Source: Lepidodermella squamata (taxonomy: Eukaryota > Animalia > Gastrotricha). Taken from it: DNA of 64,000 nucleotides. A program made the translations under genes and the position numbers. The DNA lies in NCBI GenBank assembly GCA_047495785.1, contig JBLDXI010000015.1, positions 2,604,001 through 2,668,000 on the forward strand. Direction: 5' to 3'. This document shows positions 1 to 11,066 of this stretch, piece after piece (position 1 is the first letter of the stretch; each line of letters begins with the position of its first letter). The notes below the pieces were generated by a model. It was not told the origin of the DNA and did not search any database. It saw only the letters and a list, made by a program, of their open reading frames with translations.

Positions 1-405
1 AATCAGCCTGAGGCTAGGTCAAAAATGCGGACGCACCTGATTTATGAAAGCTGATTTTATGTTGATGACTTTAATTATCCAAAAAATTGGCATTTAGCTG
101 GTTTCTGAACTCAAGCGGTTTGACTTGTCTGTTTATCGCGCCGGAAATGTCCGGAGTATTCGATAACCGTTTATGTCACTCGCTGGGATGAAAACCCGGA
201 AGTTTTTCTAAACATAGTAATACCCCTGCTTACGTGATAGACTTTCAATTAATCCGGCTGATTATCCCGCGGCTAGTTCGCTGAAAAAATTAAACAACTT
301 CTGGCTAAAACGGGATTAGGCAACGAACGAAGGCGATTTCCTGCAGCTACATATTTTGTTTCATTTGAATTAAATAGGTTTAAAAGACGTTTTTTGTTAA
401 AAGAA

Positions 406-827
406 ATGTCGCAAATATTTCTTATAATCAACTTCTTGGTCCTAATTTTGGCCGTTCTGGTTCTCAGCAATCCGGCTGATACCCAACACGAGAATGAACA
501 GGATCCTAAACTTGACAGCTGTTACGATTTGGTCAGCTATCAAAAATTATCTGAGCTGAGTAGAGACGAAATTCTGGTCAAATTCAAGAACTGCGACTGT
601 GAGCATTTTTTCACATTTTTTTCATATTTTTATGAATTTTTGTATTATTTATAGGGAGAGCTTTGTTGAGACAGGCCAAATTAGCACGCAAGCGTGTCGT
701 GCATCTCATGCGTGACGAGCGGCAGCGACGAGTTATAGACGCTTGTTTGAAGGACTTCGGAGGAAGGGCAGCACGAGCCATTCCGATTGTTTCCCTTATT
801 TGCACTTCGGCCGGAATAAAATTGTGA
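406..827 (+). CDS. Secreted peptide precursor 1, 'FGG-ARAIP' ring family (121 aa; exons 406-598, 655-827)
   Basis: Hydrophobic signal peptide (MSQIFLIINFLVLILAVLVLS). Phase-1 GT-AG intron of 56 nt. Exon 2 ends ...ERQRRVIDACLKDFGGRAARAIPIVSLICTSAGIKL*, matching two paralogs downstream. Confidence 0.8.
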
Positions 828-1057
828 AAATTCGTTTTTTAATTAAGGAGGATTTTTTCACTCATTTTTTGTCAGTATTGCCCTGTATTTTCACACGTGT
901 CGTAGAGTTAATTAGTTGAGTTGTTGACGAAAGTCTCGGGAATTCGAACTTGGCATAGGTATCAGCCAATTAAAATCACACTCTACAGAAAATTAGCGGC
1001 CTTTATCTCCAATCAAAAAATCCTAATTAAACATTATATCACAAATGTTGAGAGTGT

Positions 1058-3492
1058 TCATTTAGCTGATCGGAATATAGCAATAATCCAAATGAGACCG
1101 GTCGACAGTGACAGGAAAACAGCCGAAAATGACAGCGTAATCTCCTGTCCGACTAAATCGTCAACAGCGAGTGCGATCAAAATTGCAGCGATCGAAATAG
1201 TCGTTAGATTTACCAAAGCCGCGATGATAACGCCTAATTGAGGAACGGCTCTGCGATAATTGCAACTCCGTATCTTGAAGAGGCAGATAGCTCCGATTAA
1301 AATTTGAACGAAATAAGCGCTGATCGCGGCGAAAATCCATGCAGAAAAATGGCGAGATTTGCAGGTTAACACAGATTTTTCTATCAAAATGTCTTCAAAA
1401 ATAACGTATAACGGCGCCTCCTTAACGGTGAAGCAGCTCAATGGATCAGCAATCAGCCAAACCGCTAAAAATATCGTAATTACAGCCGTGAAAGCTGACG
1501 TAGCGCTCAGAGAGATTAGGTCGATGGATTGTACCTCTTCGATGGTCAGCTTGGTCTGGGGACGAACGAGCATGGCGGAGATCCATGAGTCAGCTCGACC
1601 TCTCGATCCGACACTGTAGGTTCGACTTTCAGGGTAGACTCTGCCCGAGGCGGCTCGTATTGCTGATCTCGCACTTGCTGCAGCACTTGCAGCTTTTGAT
1701 TCGAATTTCGCCATGCCTAGGAAGTAGCCGAATCCTCGAAGACTTATACTACCACCCAACATGGCTAAACCGACAGTCATTAGGGCAATTCTTGCTACCC
1801 AGATTTGGTAAGCGGAATAAGGAGCCAACTTCACGGAAAACATAACTCCAGCTGCATTTAATAGGATACCGCCAATAAATCCTATAAAGGATGATTTTAG
1901 CAACTTCCTATGAGTTTCCTCATATTTCATTTTAATCAGCATTACAATCATCCCTGAGATATGAATAAGAGATGAAATGGCAGCGATTACAACGACTGTG
2001 TAGAAAATTTGCTCAGGAACCGAAACAGTGATCTGGGAAATCTTCTTCCTATCCTTAGGCGCCTTCCCATCCTTTGTCATCCAAACAGGCTCGCGAACTT
2101 TTTTCATGTAATAATGGCTGAATGCGTAACCCGTTGTTCCTGGGTTCTGGTAGACATTGTAAATGTACTTCAGACCATTCTGAGGCGTCCAGTGGCTGAC
2201 GTAGAGTATGTCCATGTCAACCTCACCTAAATCATTGTACCTCATCCGGCCCATTCTTAACCCGGTGTAATCGACTGATATAGCTGAACGATTTACAGCC
2301 TCTCCAACAATCTGAGGATAATCTCTCATATTGCGAAGGGAGTAATTTTTAGTCTGTAAGATTTTTTCAGTTTCATCTAGTACGATAAGAGCTTGGAGGG
2401 TGGTGTCGTAGCATAGAAATCGCTGCTCGTAGTCGAAGACCATTCCTCGACTGTTATTCGTGTATTTATCGTAAATCTCTTCGAATTCTGGAAGAGTTAT
2501 TCCTAGATAGCTCTTCATGGATGGTTCATTCGAAACCATAATTGGCGCAACCCAGTAGGAGAATTTCAACTGTTCGAGTACTCCAGATCTGTAGCAACCA
2601 GGCATGATTTCATTGCCGAGACTTAACGGATCTCCGTAAGTCACGCCAAGAAGGATGAATATGTATTTTGACCCAGCCAACTCATACTTGTAACTCAGGC
2701 AAAGAAATTTCCAAATCAGAGGTAAGCTTGATGTGAACAAGACAATAATTCTCACATCGCTTTGTTTGAGATTAGCGATGACTTGTTCATCGATATCTAG
2801 GACAATGTCAAAATAGGCGACTGTTACGTCTTTCATTTCAAGCGCGAGGCGTTGTAGGATAGTTGCAGAGCCGTAGTCGAACACATTACCGGCATTGGTC
2901 AAAATGCCAAGGCGTCTCCAGTTGCCGCCTCCAACTATGAAATGCATGATTGCATAGGTCAAAACACGGCCAGTTGAACGCATTAGGTACAGGTTTGGGA
3001 ACAATTTACGGTCAGTGAGGAACGGAGCAGCGCAAGCGATACTAACGCTGACTGAGTTGATATGGTGGAGAAAGGGAGCTTGGGCCTTGCACCCAGTTGA
3101 TTGACGGGGTCCGACGATTACAGGCGATTGGTAGGTACCATTGCGGCCGTTGTTCTCAAAACTTCGGCTGAATTGTGCAGCGAGACGGGCGGCATGGATT
3201 CCTGTGTTCTCGTCTTCAAATTGAATCTATAAATGCAAAAATGCGAGAATGAAAAAATTCCTCCTTAAAATTTGATTTTCCGCACTTCAATTTCGTAATC
3301 AGGAAGAATATCTGAGCGGCTGTTCGCGATGTCGACAACAATTTGCGAAGCTGTTTTGCAAGCGTAGCCTGTTGACGGCAATGCTCCTGTGAATGACATC
3401 GATTCCATCATTACCATTTTGTACGGCTTACGGGCCTCTGAAATCGCGATCAAACATGGCGCAATGACGTAGATCACAGCGTGATGAAGCAT
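1058..3492 (-). CDS. Class C GPCR, GABA-B-receptor-like (Venus-flytrap/ANF-receptor domain + 7TM), about 791 aa; exons 3492-3286, 3226-1058
   Basis: Signal peptide; 'NSRSDILPDYEIE', 'PVIVGP', 'FLTDRKLFPNLY' and 'LKQSDVRIIV' are typical GABA-B/ANF VFT segments. Seven hydrophobic helices with 'WLIADPL' after TM4. Phase-0 intron of 59 nt. Confidence 0.85.
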
Positions 3493-4835
3493 TGTTTCAA
3501 ATACTCTGTTGTAGTTTTCTGGCAAATTTGGAATGATGAATTCTTCCGTGAGAATTTACACAGAGTTTATTAGCTGCCATTTTTCTAATAGTCACGTTCG
3601 AAATCACACGCCGCCTGTAATTAACAGATCCCGATGAGGATATTAGTTTAATTGGTATCGATGTTGTTTACCGGAAATTCTAGCCTCTCGCGTGTACCTT
3701 GATCCTTAAAAAGCTAGTTTGCTAGGCGGAGACATTTTATCATGCTATTCAGGACTTGGTCATATTTGGACAGGCAGATTTCCCCGGGCGCAGTAGCTTA
3801 GGTGTGCTGTTTTGCGTTCTATTTTCACATAAAAAATTGATTTTTCGGCAGAAATTTATTTACAAATTGAATATTATGAGTGAAACAAAACTACGTGTTT
3901 TCACAGCAGCGCCGTAGAATTTTACGGGATGACCCCGGTGGACTCAAAATGGAGCACGGGGAGAACTATGCACCCTGCAATTATATCGATTTCCCTTCGT
4001 AAATCGGTCATATGAAAACAGACAAATGAAACAAACTTCAATGCGGAAATAGCATTGAGGAGAAGAACTTGGCAGAGTGATGACCGCTATTAGTGACTTA
4101 AGGTTATCGAGTTCTCAGCTGCTAAAAGAGTTTAAAACGGCGGCAAATTTAAAGCATCTCACCATACCCGAAGTCCTTCATTAAGAAGTCCGTGGGCTTG
4201 GAACTCGTAATTTCCCCTGCGAGTTGACCATCGATTTCACACACCTAAAGCAAAAGCTGCCTAAATCAGCGTTCAAGACTCTCGGTGAATTCCTGAGCTT
4301 TTGAGCGATAGGGTCATTAGCATTATACTTTGCAGGGTTCCCATTTTGCTGCTTTCGTTTCGCTGCTGTGTATTCCGGTGTGTATTGCCGGAAGTCAGTC
4401 ATTTCCTCAGTTCTTCTTATGAATAAAGCGAATTTTGCTGACGTATGCCTTGTTATGGTTCGGCGTTTAGAAAAAAGCATTGCACCGGATATGTATCGTT
4501 TCATTCAGAAAAATTAGGCTAATTCGAACTTAGAATTAATAATCCTGTGCTTTATGATTTCTGTTCGCCGCCCACAACAGAATCCGGCATTAGTCAGATA
4601 TTGCTCTTCTATAATACCAGTTGCCTTATTTTTCCTTCGATCGCTCATGTCGGGGATATAGCTCGCCAAAAATCTTCACCATTAGGTACATGCTTATATC
4701 GGTCCCTAATTGCTTGGATAACTCATGTGACCAAGAAACCCGTGTGCACCTAGCTCTGCCAATTAGCGTCAACGTCATTTATATCAGTGCGCCGTCTTAT
4801 TACATTTCAGCTAGATCTTAGTCACATTCAATAGT

Positions 4836-5275
4836 ATGATGATTTACAAAATCTTCCTCCTTTCCTGCATCGTCCTGGTGACACATGCTTTAACAGACAA
4901 GCGAATTATCTCGCCCACCAACTCTGCGCTGAGACGGGCTTATGCGAACGTGGCGAAGACGAGAGGTCAAACGACAACTGAGAGCTATGTTTGGACAACT
5001 CCTCTGCCGACGTTCAAGCCGACGACGCCAAAGACAATTCGAATTAAATTTAGCAAGTTGAATGTACAATTTCCAGGAAATTGATGATCAATTTGTTTTA
5101 TACAGATCGCAAACTCGCTAAAATACTGCAGCGAACAGGTGCTGGTAGCATGGAGGAGTTGATTCAAATAGCTCGTGAGGAGAAGAAGCGTAAAAAAGTC
5201 GAAGAATGCTTCGATCAATTCGGCGGCAGCTCAGCGCGAGCCATTTTGATTGTCTCAATCATGTGCAAGCAATAA
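4836..5275 (+). CDS. Secreted peptide precursor 2, 'FGG-ARAIP' ring family (exons 4836-5052, 5106-5275; GC-AG intron)
   Basis: Signal peptide MMIYKIFLLSCIVLVTHA, Thr/Pro-rich spacer, C-terminus EEKKRKKVEECFDQFGGSSARAILIVSIMCKQ*. Only the GCAAGT donor at 5053 gives the needed phase 1. Confidence 0.78.
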
Positions 5276-5576
5276 CTTGGATTCAAACACAATAATCGCC
5301 TAAATTCTTCTCACGTATATCCGTGTGTCATCGATGAGGAATAAAGAATAATTGGAAATGTCAGGTTGCTCACTTTTTGACTGCTACCCAGAATCCGTAT
5401 CGAGCGATGTTCGCACGTCATTACCTATAATCCAACGTATTTTTTACGCGGATGATATGAAGGGGAAAAACAACTGTATTGCTTAGTCATGCAGAATAGC
5501 CTTTCAATTATATTCTAGGGATACTCTTTCGGATTCTACAAATGCTTGGAGAATAACGATTTCTGGTTTAAACGAG

Positions 5577-5936
5577 ATGTGCCCTTTCAATACTAACCAT
5601 TTGAAAACTTGCCCAGTCTTTATTTTCACGTTTCTACTCATCATCATCATAACCAGTATTATTCTATTGAAAATAACAACCCCAACCGAGGAGCAACGAG
5701 CGGTTCCCGCGAAACAACCCGATGAAGTATCTCAGAAACTTAGTAAGTCTTAATTTCAGATCATTTCATTCCATCACGGCTTTGTTTCTACAGGTTCACA
5801 GTTGGTGAGCATCTTCTTGCAAATTGGAGATAGCGGAAAGGTTGCTAAGAATAATCAGCAAACAAGCGAACTCAACTACAACCTAATCCCATCGCGAACG
5901 AGCCGCAGACCTGTATATGGTATTCCCTGGAATTGA
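5577..5936 (+). CDS. Putative small two-exon secreted/membrane-anchored protein (102 aa; exons 5577-5742, 5794-5936), absent from the ORF track
   Basis: ATG, hydrophobic stretch VFIFTFLLIIIITSIILL, GTAAGT...TTTCTACAG 51-nt intron, open frame ending SRTSRRPVYGIPWN*. Confidence 0.55.
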
Positions 5937-6021
5937 AAACATTCTTGATTGGTTGAAACGTTTGGAACTTCCACCTTTGCGGCCATAACTTTACATTAAA
6001 GTGAATACGTACGACATTATA

Positions 6022-6408
6022 GGGCGACTTTGCAGTCACATGACTAAGGTCCGTCGATTTTTTTCTGGTCTTGGTCGCGCGGTCGCGCAGTCGTTGTGGT
6101 CGGGCGGTCGTGAAAAAAATGTTCGCTCAAAAATCAGACTGAAAAAAACGATGCACCACCAGGAGTCGAACTAAGGATGTTGGAATATAAAGCCATATTT
6201 TTGATCCACTACGCCACCAGCGTGAAGAAATCTGCCGGGAAAATATTTACACCCATATTGTTCTCAATCGGATCCACTGATAGAAACTCTTAATTGCCAT
6301 GAATTGGTGGCGTAGTGGATCAAAAACATGGCTTTATATTCCACCGCGACCAAGACCAGAAAAAAATCGACGGACTTTGACCTTAGTCATGTGACTGCAA
6401 AGTCGCCC
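6022..6408. mobile_element. Palindromic non-autonomous element (MITE-like) with an internal tRNA-derived segment
   Basis: Arms GGGCGACTTTGCAGTCACATGACTAAGGTC...TTTTCTGGTCTTGGTCGCG and the reverse complement at about 6345-6408. TATA on both flanks. Second inverted pair at about 6182-6219 / 6305-6342. Confidence 0.8.
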
Positions 6409-6709
6409 TATAATGCGAAAGGTTAGAAATTATGCTCCCAACGGACAGCAATTCCTCTCGATCTGCTCTGACATTTAGCACTTGTCGTCGTTTATTTACA
6501 TATCAATGTAATAATTTTATTTTTTGAGTGTCGATGCGAAAGCAACGCCGAATAAATTGATATACAAATCAATAAAATTGTTTGTTTTGAATTGATGATC
6601 ACATCAATTTCCGCCCTGCGACCGGATGTAATTTATCCATCTCATAATAACGAGTAGCCCTGGTCCACACTGCGTTCACAGATATATGATGACCCACTTT
6701 TATGTGAAA

Positions 6710-7084
6710 ATGTTGATGGCTAAAACTATACTCGCAATTTTGCTTCTCATTCCTTTGACGCAAGCTTATGGCAAATTATCCTTTGGCACGTCTGCTCAAA
6801 GTAAAAGCCAGTGGCAAGCTTCAATTCCGAATAATCCCATCACCAACGAAAATGACAAATCGATCGACGTCAATACACGTACTTTTTTATTTTACTATAA
6901 TATTCTACAATGAATAGTTCTCTTTTTTGTAGCAAGACATAATCATGTCAAAGAGCTGTTTCGATTAATGCGAGTCGTCCATGAGCAACGCAAGCAACGA
7001 GAACAGGAAGCCTGCTATAAACAGTTCGGCGGAAAACCCGCAAGAGCAATTCCTATCGTATCCGTAATCTGCTCATCTAAATAG
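6710..7084 (+). CDS. Secreted peptide precursor 3, 'FGG-ARAIP' ring family (exons 6710-6878, 6933-7084; alternative start 6686)
   Basis: Signal peptide MLMAKTILAILLLIPLTQA. Phase-1 GT-AG intron of 54 nt. C-terminus EQRKQREQEACYKQFGGKPARAIPIVSVICSSK*. Confidence 0.8.
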
Positions 7085-7121
7085 TAGTAGTGACTTTATG
7101 TATATAGTGAATGAAGTGTTG

Positions 7122-9077
7122 CTAATAAACAAAATGGAACCAACTGAATTCGCAATCAAAAACTGGCGAAGGGGTTGAATGCTTCAGCATTAGGGTGGGC
7201 TTTAATGAATAACGGGACGCGGATTTTCCCAAATCAGCATCCTTACTAATGATCAACCAGTCCATTTCAGCAAGTGTAGCCCAATGGACTTGCTGCGGGA
7301 CGTTGAGCTCGGAATGGGTAGTTCCGAATATGTTGACATCTTCATTGCGAGCGATATCGTCATATTGGCGAACGATACTGGTAAAATCTTCCTCAAAACG
7401 CTCGTCAGTATGGCTGGTTAGGAAAACGAATATTCCGTGGCGTTTTCTATCATCGAGACGAGAGCGAATGACATCAATGGTTTGATGAACAAAGCAAAAC
7501 AGTTGAATGTCGCGGTATTCCGCGGAAATGTTGCTGTAGTCCGGATACAAAGTCAACGGCTCGAAATGCACGCCTATTTTCGCTGATATCTTCCACTGGT
7601 CTTGCGAGACAGGGATTAAACTCCTTCTCCTCTCTTCCGTTCCAGAAACAAGAGTTCTCAGACCTGCTGATAGCAGTGAAGCTATGTCAGCCACGTGAAT
7701 ATACTCCGGTAGGGAGTTAGGCAGGGCTCGAAGGAAATTCGGGTAGAAATAACTTTGCCGTAGTATCAAATCGAAGGTATTCTCATTCAGATCTTTTATC
7801 AAGATGGTTGGATGGTCGCTATTGCAGAGATTCCCGGTCTGCCTTTCGATTAACCACTCAATTTCAGATTTAGTTTTCACTATTGCTCCGTCTAGGGATC
7901 TGTCCGATTTGAATAAATCATCTAGAAGAGATTCATCCGTAGCAATGATCAATTTTCGGTTAGAAGCCAGAGCCAGGTAGAAAGCAACCGCGGCTGGAAC
8001 GAGACAGTCCGGGAAAGACTTCTGGCAGCTCAAAATTAAAGCCGAATTATTCGAAATATTTGATTGGAAATTCCTTAAATCGGCGACTATTCTGTCTGTT
8101 CTCTCTTGCCTTTCAGAGTACTTGGTAAATTCAATTGGCACAGCACTCTCGATAGTCAAATCAACGCCGGAAAAGCGTAAAATATTATCTTCATCTTCTT
8201 CCATCTCCTGGACTTTCGTTTTGCGAATCCATATTGGACACGTTTCACTTCTTTGGAGAAATACCCCATCAACAGCTGTCAAATCGTGCTTCAAAACAAC
8301 ATCAGGATGAATATTTTTCATGACGGCATTGAAAATTTGATGATGCTGAGGTGGCTGCAATGATGATTTGCACTGTTGAACCGCGGCTTGGCAGAATTTT
8401 CTCATGAAAATTGGAGAGCCGCCAAATAGCTCTGGCGCAAGGTAATGCTCCGCATTTTCATCGATAGGTACAAAGGCGCAAGATCCTTGACGTCGATCAA
8501 ATGGTAGCAATCTTGAAGTTTCCGTCGGAAATAACAAGGGATCTCCGTAAACAGGATGCTCAATTGCAAAACTTCCGGTGATATTGATTTCTAGACCTTT
8601 AACAGATTGCAGGTCGAAATCAGCCGATATTACAAAGCTGAAGAGTTCTTCGTTGAAGTATTCGTACTTTTCCGCATAGTCCAGATAAACCTGACATGGG
8701 TTTATTTCTCCAGGATGGATATATGCCTGGATTTTTATGGCATTCTCTTCACCGTGATTTATATCCACCCAATATTGACTGAAGAGAAAATAGGTGACAG
8801 TTTTGGCATCTAATAATTTCATTTCCTGCAGCTTTTTGTGGTAATTACCAGCAGATGGGGTTTCTTTAATGGCTAGGAGAATCGCAACGTTTCCGTCCTT
8901 GGTCTCTCTTGGTGGACGCTTGTCTCTCCACCTCGATCCAGAGGGTTTAATGCACTGACATTGCGAATAGAGGAGAAATATTGGTAAAAGATTTAGGAAA
9001 TACAAGTAGACTGACATCATTCCTGGGTAAATTAGGAATACTAGTAAGATTCTCGACTTAACGAGGGTAAACATCAT
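7122..9077 (-). CDS. GT6 (ABO-type)-like + fucosyltransferase-like fusion protein, paralog 1 (single exon, 651 aa)
   Basis: N-terminal anchor. 'VISADFDL' (DxD) and 'HPVY...PFDRRQGSCAFVPIDENAEHYLAPELFGGS' resemble ABO 'HPGFY...[29 protein letters not shown]'. C-terminal half has 'KIGVHF', 'IFVFLTS' and 'LAEMDWLII', resembling FUT motifs I-III. Confidence 0.75.
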   Translation of the reverse strand: MMFTLVKSRILLVFLIYPGMMSVYLYFLNLLPIFLLYSQCQCIKPSGSRWRDKRPPRETKDGNVAILLAIKETPSAGNYHKKLQEMKLLDAKTVTYFLFSQYWVDINHGEENAIKIQAYIHPGEINPCQVYLDYAEKYEYFNEELFSFVISADFDLQSVKGLEINITGSFAIEHPVYGDPLLFPTETSRLLPFDRRQGSCAFVPIDENAEHYLAPELFGGSPIFMRKFCQAAVQQCKSSLQPPQHHQIFNAVMKNIHPDVVLKHDLTAVDGVFLQRSETCPIWIRKTKVQEMEEDEDNILRFSGVDLTIESAVPIEFTKYSERQERTDRIVADLRNFQSNISNNSALILSCQKSFPDCLVPAAVAFYLALASNRKLIIATDESLLDDLFKSDRSLDGAIVKTKSEIEWLIERQTGNLCNSDHPTILIKDLNENTFDLILRQSYFYPNFLRALPNSLPEYIHVADIASLLSAGLRTLVSGTEERRRSLIPVSQDQWKISAKIGVHFEPLTLYPDYSNISAEYRDIQLFCFVHQTIDVIRSRLDDRKRHGIFVFLTSHTDERFEEDFTSIVRQYDDIARNEDVNIFGTTHSELNVPQQVHWATLAEMDWLIISKDADLGKSASRYSLKPTLMLKHSTPSPVFDCEFSWFHFVY

Positions 9078-9331
9078 AGGCTACGTCCCCAATCCACAGC
9101 GTATAAGGATTCAGCTGTTCTCAATGAGGCAAACCTCCTTCACCGCGATTATATTCTGAAACATTACACTACCTTGAATTTACTTAGCAATTTTTCATGC
9201 GATGTCAAATAATGGCTAATTCATATAAGTTCAATTTAATATGGCCCAGCGAAAAGCACAGACATGTATTTCAGCAATTCGGTATGTCGATCGTGAATCC
9301 AGAACGCGAATGCACTCATGAAACATATGCA

Positions 9332-10734
9332 TTAGTTATGAATAAGAGTGCTGTTGCTCGAGTTGCCTGCAATCACATTGCTGCTACTCTCTGTTGCGTA
9401 GTCGATTAGTATTAGGAAGTATGTCAGTATTGCGGCGAAAAGCTGATAATTATGCAAAAACGGAAATTGCAATTGACTAAATGCGAAGGGAAACATACTG
9501 CTGCAATGGTTTCTCTCTTCAAAGGAATCATTCCCAGGACATGCAAGCAGCAAGTTTCGGAAATTTGGCTCAGTAACATTGTCAACTGTAGAATGGCTAT
9601 ATGATGAAATATATTGTAGATTCATCATCAAAATACCTGAAGTAGTGTTGCTGAATCCTGAGATTTCACCCTGATATTGAACAACTTCTCCTTCACATTC
9701 TCCGACCAATGCGCGATGAAAGCTGACGGAATGATGAAAATCATCATCCCAGTCAAGGCGGCTAAGATCCAAAAGCCAGCCACAATCGACTCCATCGACG
9801 ATGTTTTAGTTTCTTGCGCGCTCTCTCCCCAAACACCTTGATACAATGTGACTAAGAAAGCTGTAAAACCGTAAGATGTTGTGCTAAAAATCGCAACCCT
9901 GATATGCCGATCCAAATGTCGAACCATTCGTTTGAGAAGTAAATGGCGATCTCGAATGTGCTCGAAGAACGCCTTCTCGTCCAAATCCTTCAAAACTGAA
10001 GCCGAGCTATCTTTGGAGGGAACTGGTTTGCTGTAGCGATTCACTTCTTTCGACAGCTGATGGAAACACCCAGCTAGGGTGAAGCCCAAGAGGGTTAGGT
10101 AGGCTACGCTAAGAGCAAAGCCGGCTTCGTTCAACAAGCTCAAACTTATCCAAATTAGTACTGTTACACAACTCCACGTGAAAGAATCGACACGTTCATT
10201 CAGGTTGAACGGGAATACCATGTAGCCAAGATCTTCCCGGTTTACCATCAGGGCGATTAGAACCAAAACAATGTTAGTCGTCACACCTGATATTGAAGCG
10301 ACGAAGAGACATAGAGCTGTTGGCCCTCTTTCTACCTCTGTTGGCGTGAAACTGGTTCTTACTTGCCCAGGGTATTGCCAGCCCTGTTTCAATCCCAAAA
10401 TAGGGTGGAACTTGCCTTTCCAGCAGCAGATCACCATGTTTGTTCTTACAGCTGCCAGGCTTAAATGATAGAGAGCATCGGCAGCGTGAAATATAACCCC
10501 AGACATCGGGGTATTGGACAGGTTAATTGCAGTGAACAGTAAAAACATTCGCAGGCTGTTCAGCCAAGACAAAGCCACTAAGATAACCACGTATGCTTTA
10601 TAAAGCCAATGGCTTGGTCTGTACTCCCAATCGTCATACGACCAGTTCGGCATCAGACCAAGTATCTTGAGGGCGCTGTGAAGACACCGAAACCCAGTAG
10701 CATCGCCGGGTAGCAAAGCCTTAAATTCGACCAT
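9332..10734 (-). CDS. Gustatory-receptor-like (GRL/7tm_7) protein, about 431 aa; exons 10734-9637, 9585-9499, 9442-9332
   Basis: Multiple TM helices. Spliced C-terminus LTMLLSQISETCCLHVLGMIPLKRETIAALFAAILTYFLILIDY carries the TYhhhh signature. Two phase-0 introns near the 3' end, as in GR/GRL genes. Confidence 0.85.
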
Positions 10735-11066
10735 GAAGATGAATGCATGGGTTGAGAGTTTGCCGACGCTCCGCTAAACTAAAGCTCCTTTTTGATCTCA
10801 TTCAATATTCAAACTCGAACTCTGAAAGCCATTAGCTGCCAGCGTGGGGTTCAAGCTAAAAATAACCGAGACTTGAGTTCAAAAGCCTGGATGTTCGAAT
10901 GAGCTCGAATCAGTATTTATCAGGAAGTTATCGGTATGAACCAGATTGCATACGCCTACGCTTATCTTGAACCTTGTTCGTTATCTTGGCTCATGTAGAA
11001 AAAACCCCAATACACACCATGCATTAAATTCTCTTTATATCACAATTCAGCACGGACTGTTTCATC

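Noticed and set aside
406-827. Calling the peptides true natriuretic peptide orthologs
   Set aside because: The ring is 20 rather than 17 residues and lacks DRI; the similarity is too short to assert homology.
4181-4504. 107-aa minus-strand ORF
   Set aside because: No motif, signal peptide or paralog; cannot be supported.
6151-6220. Possible tRNA gene
   Set aside because: A and B boxes are present but the acceptor and anticodon stems do not pair; treated as a tRNA-derived repeat.
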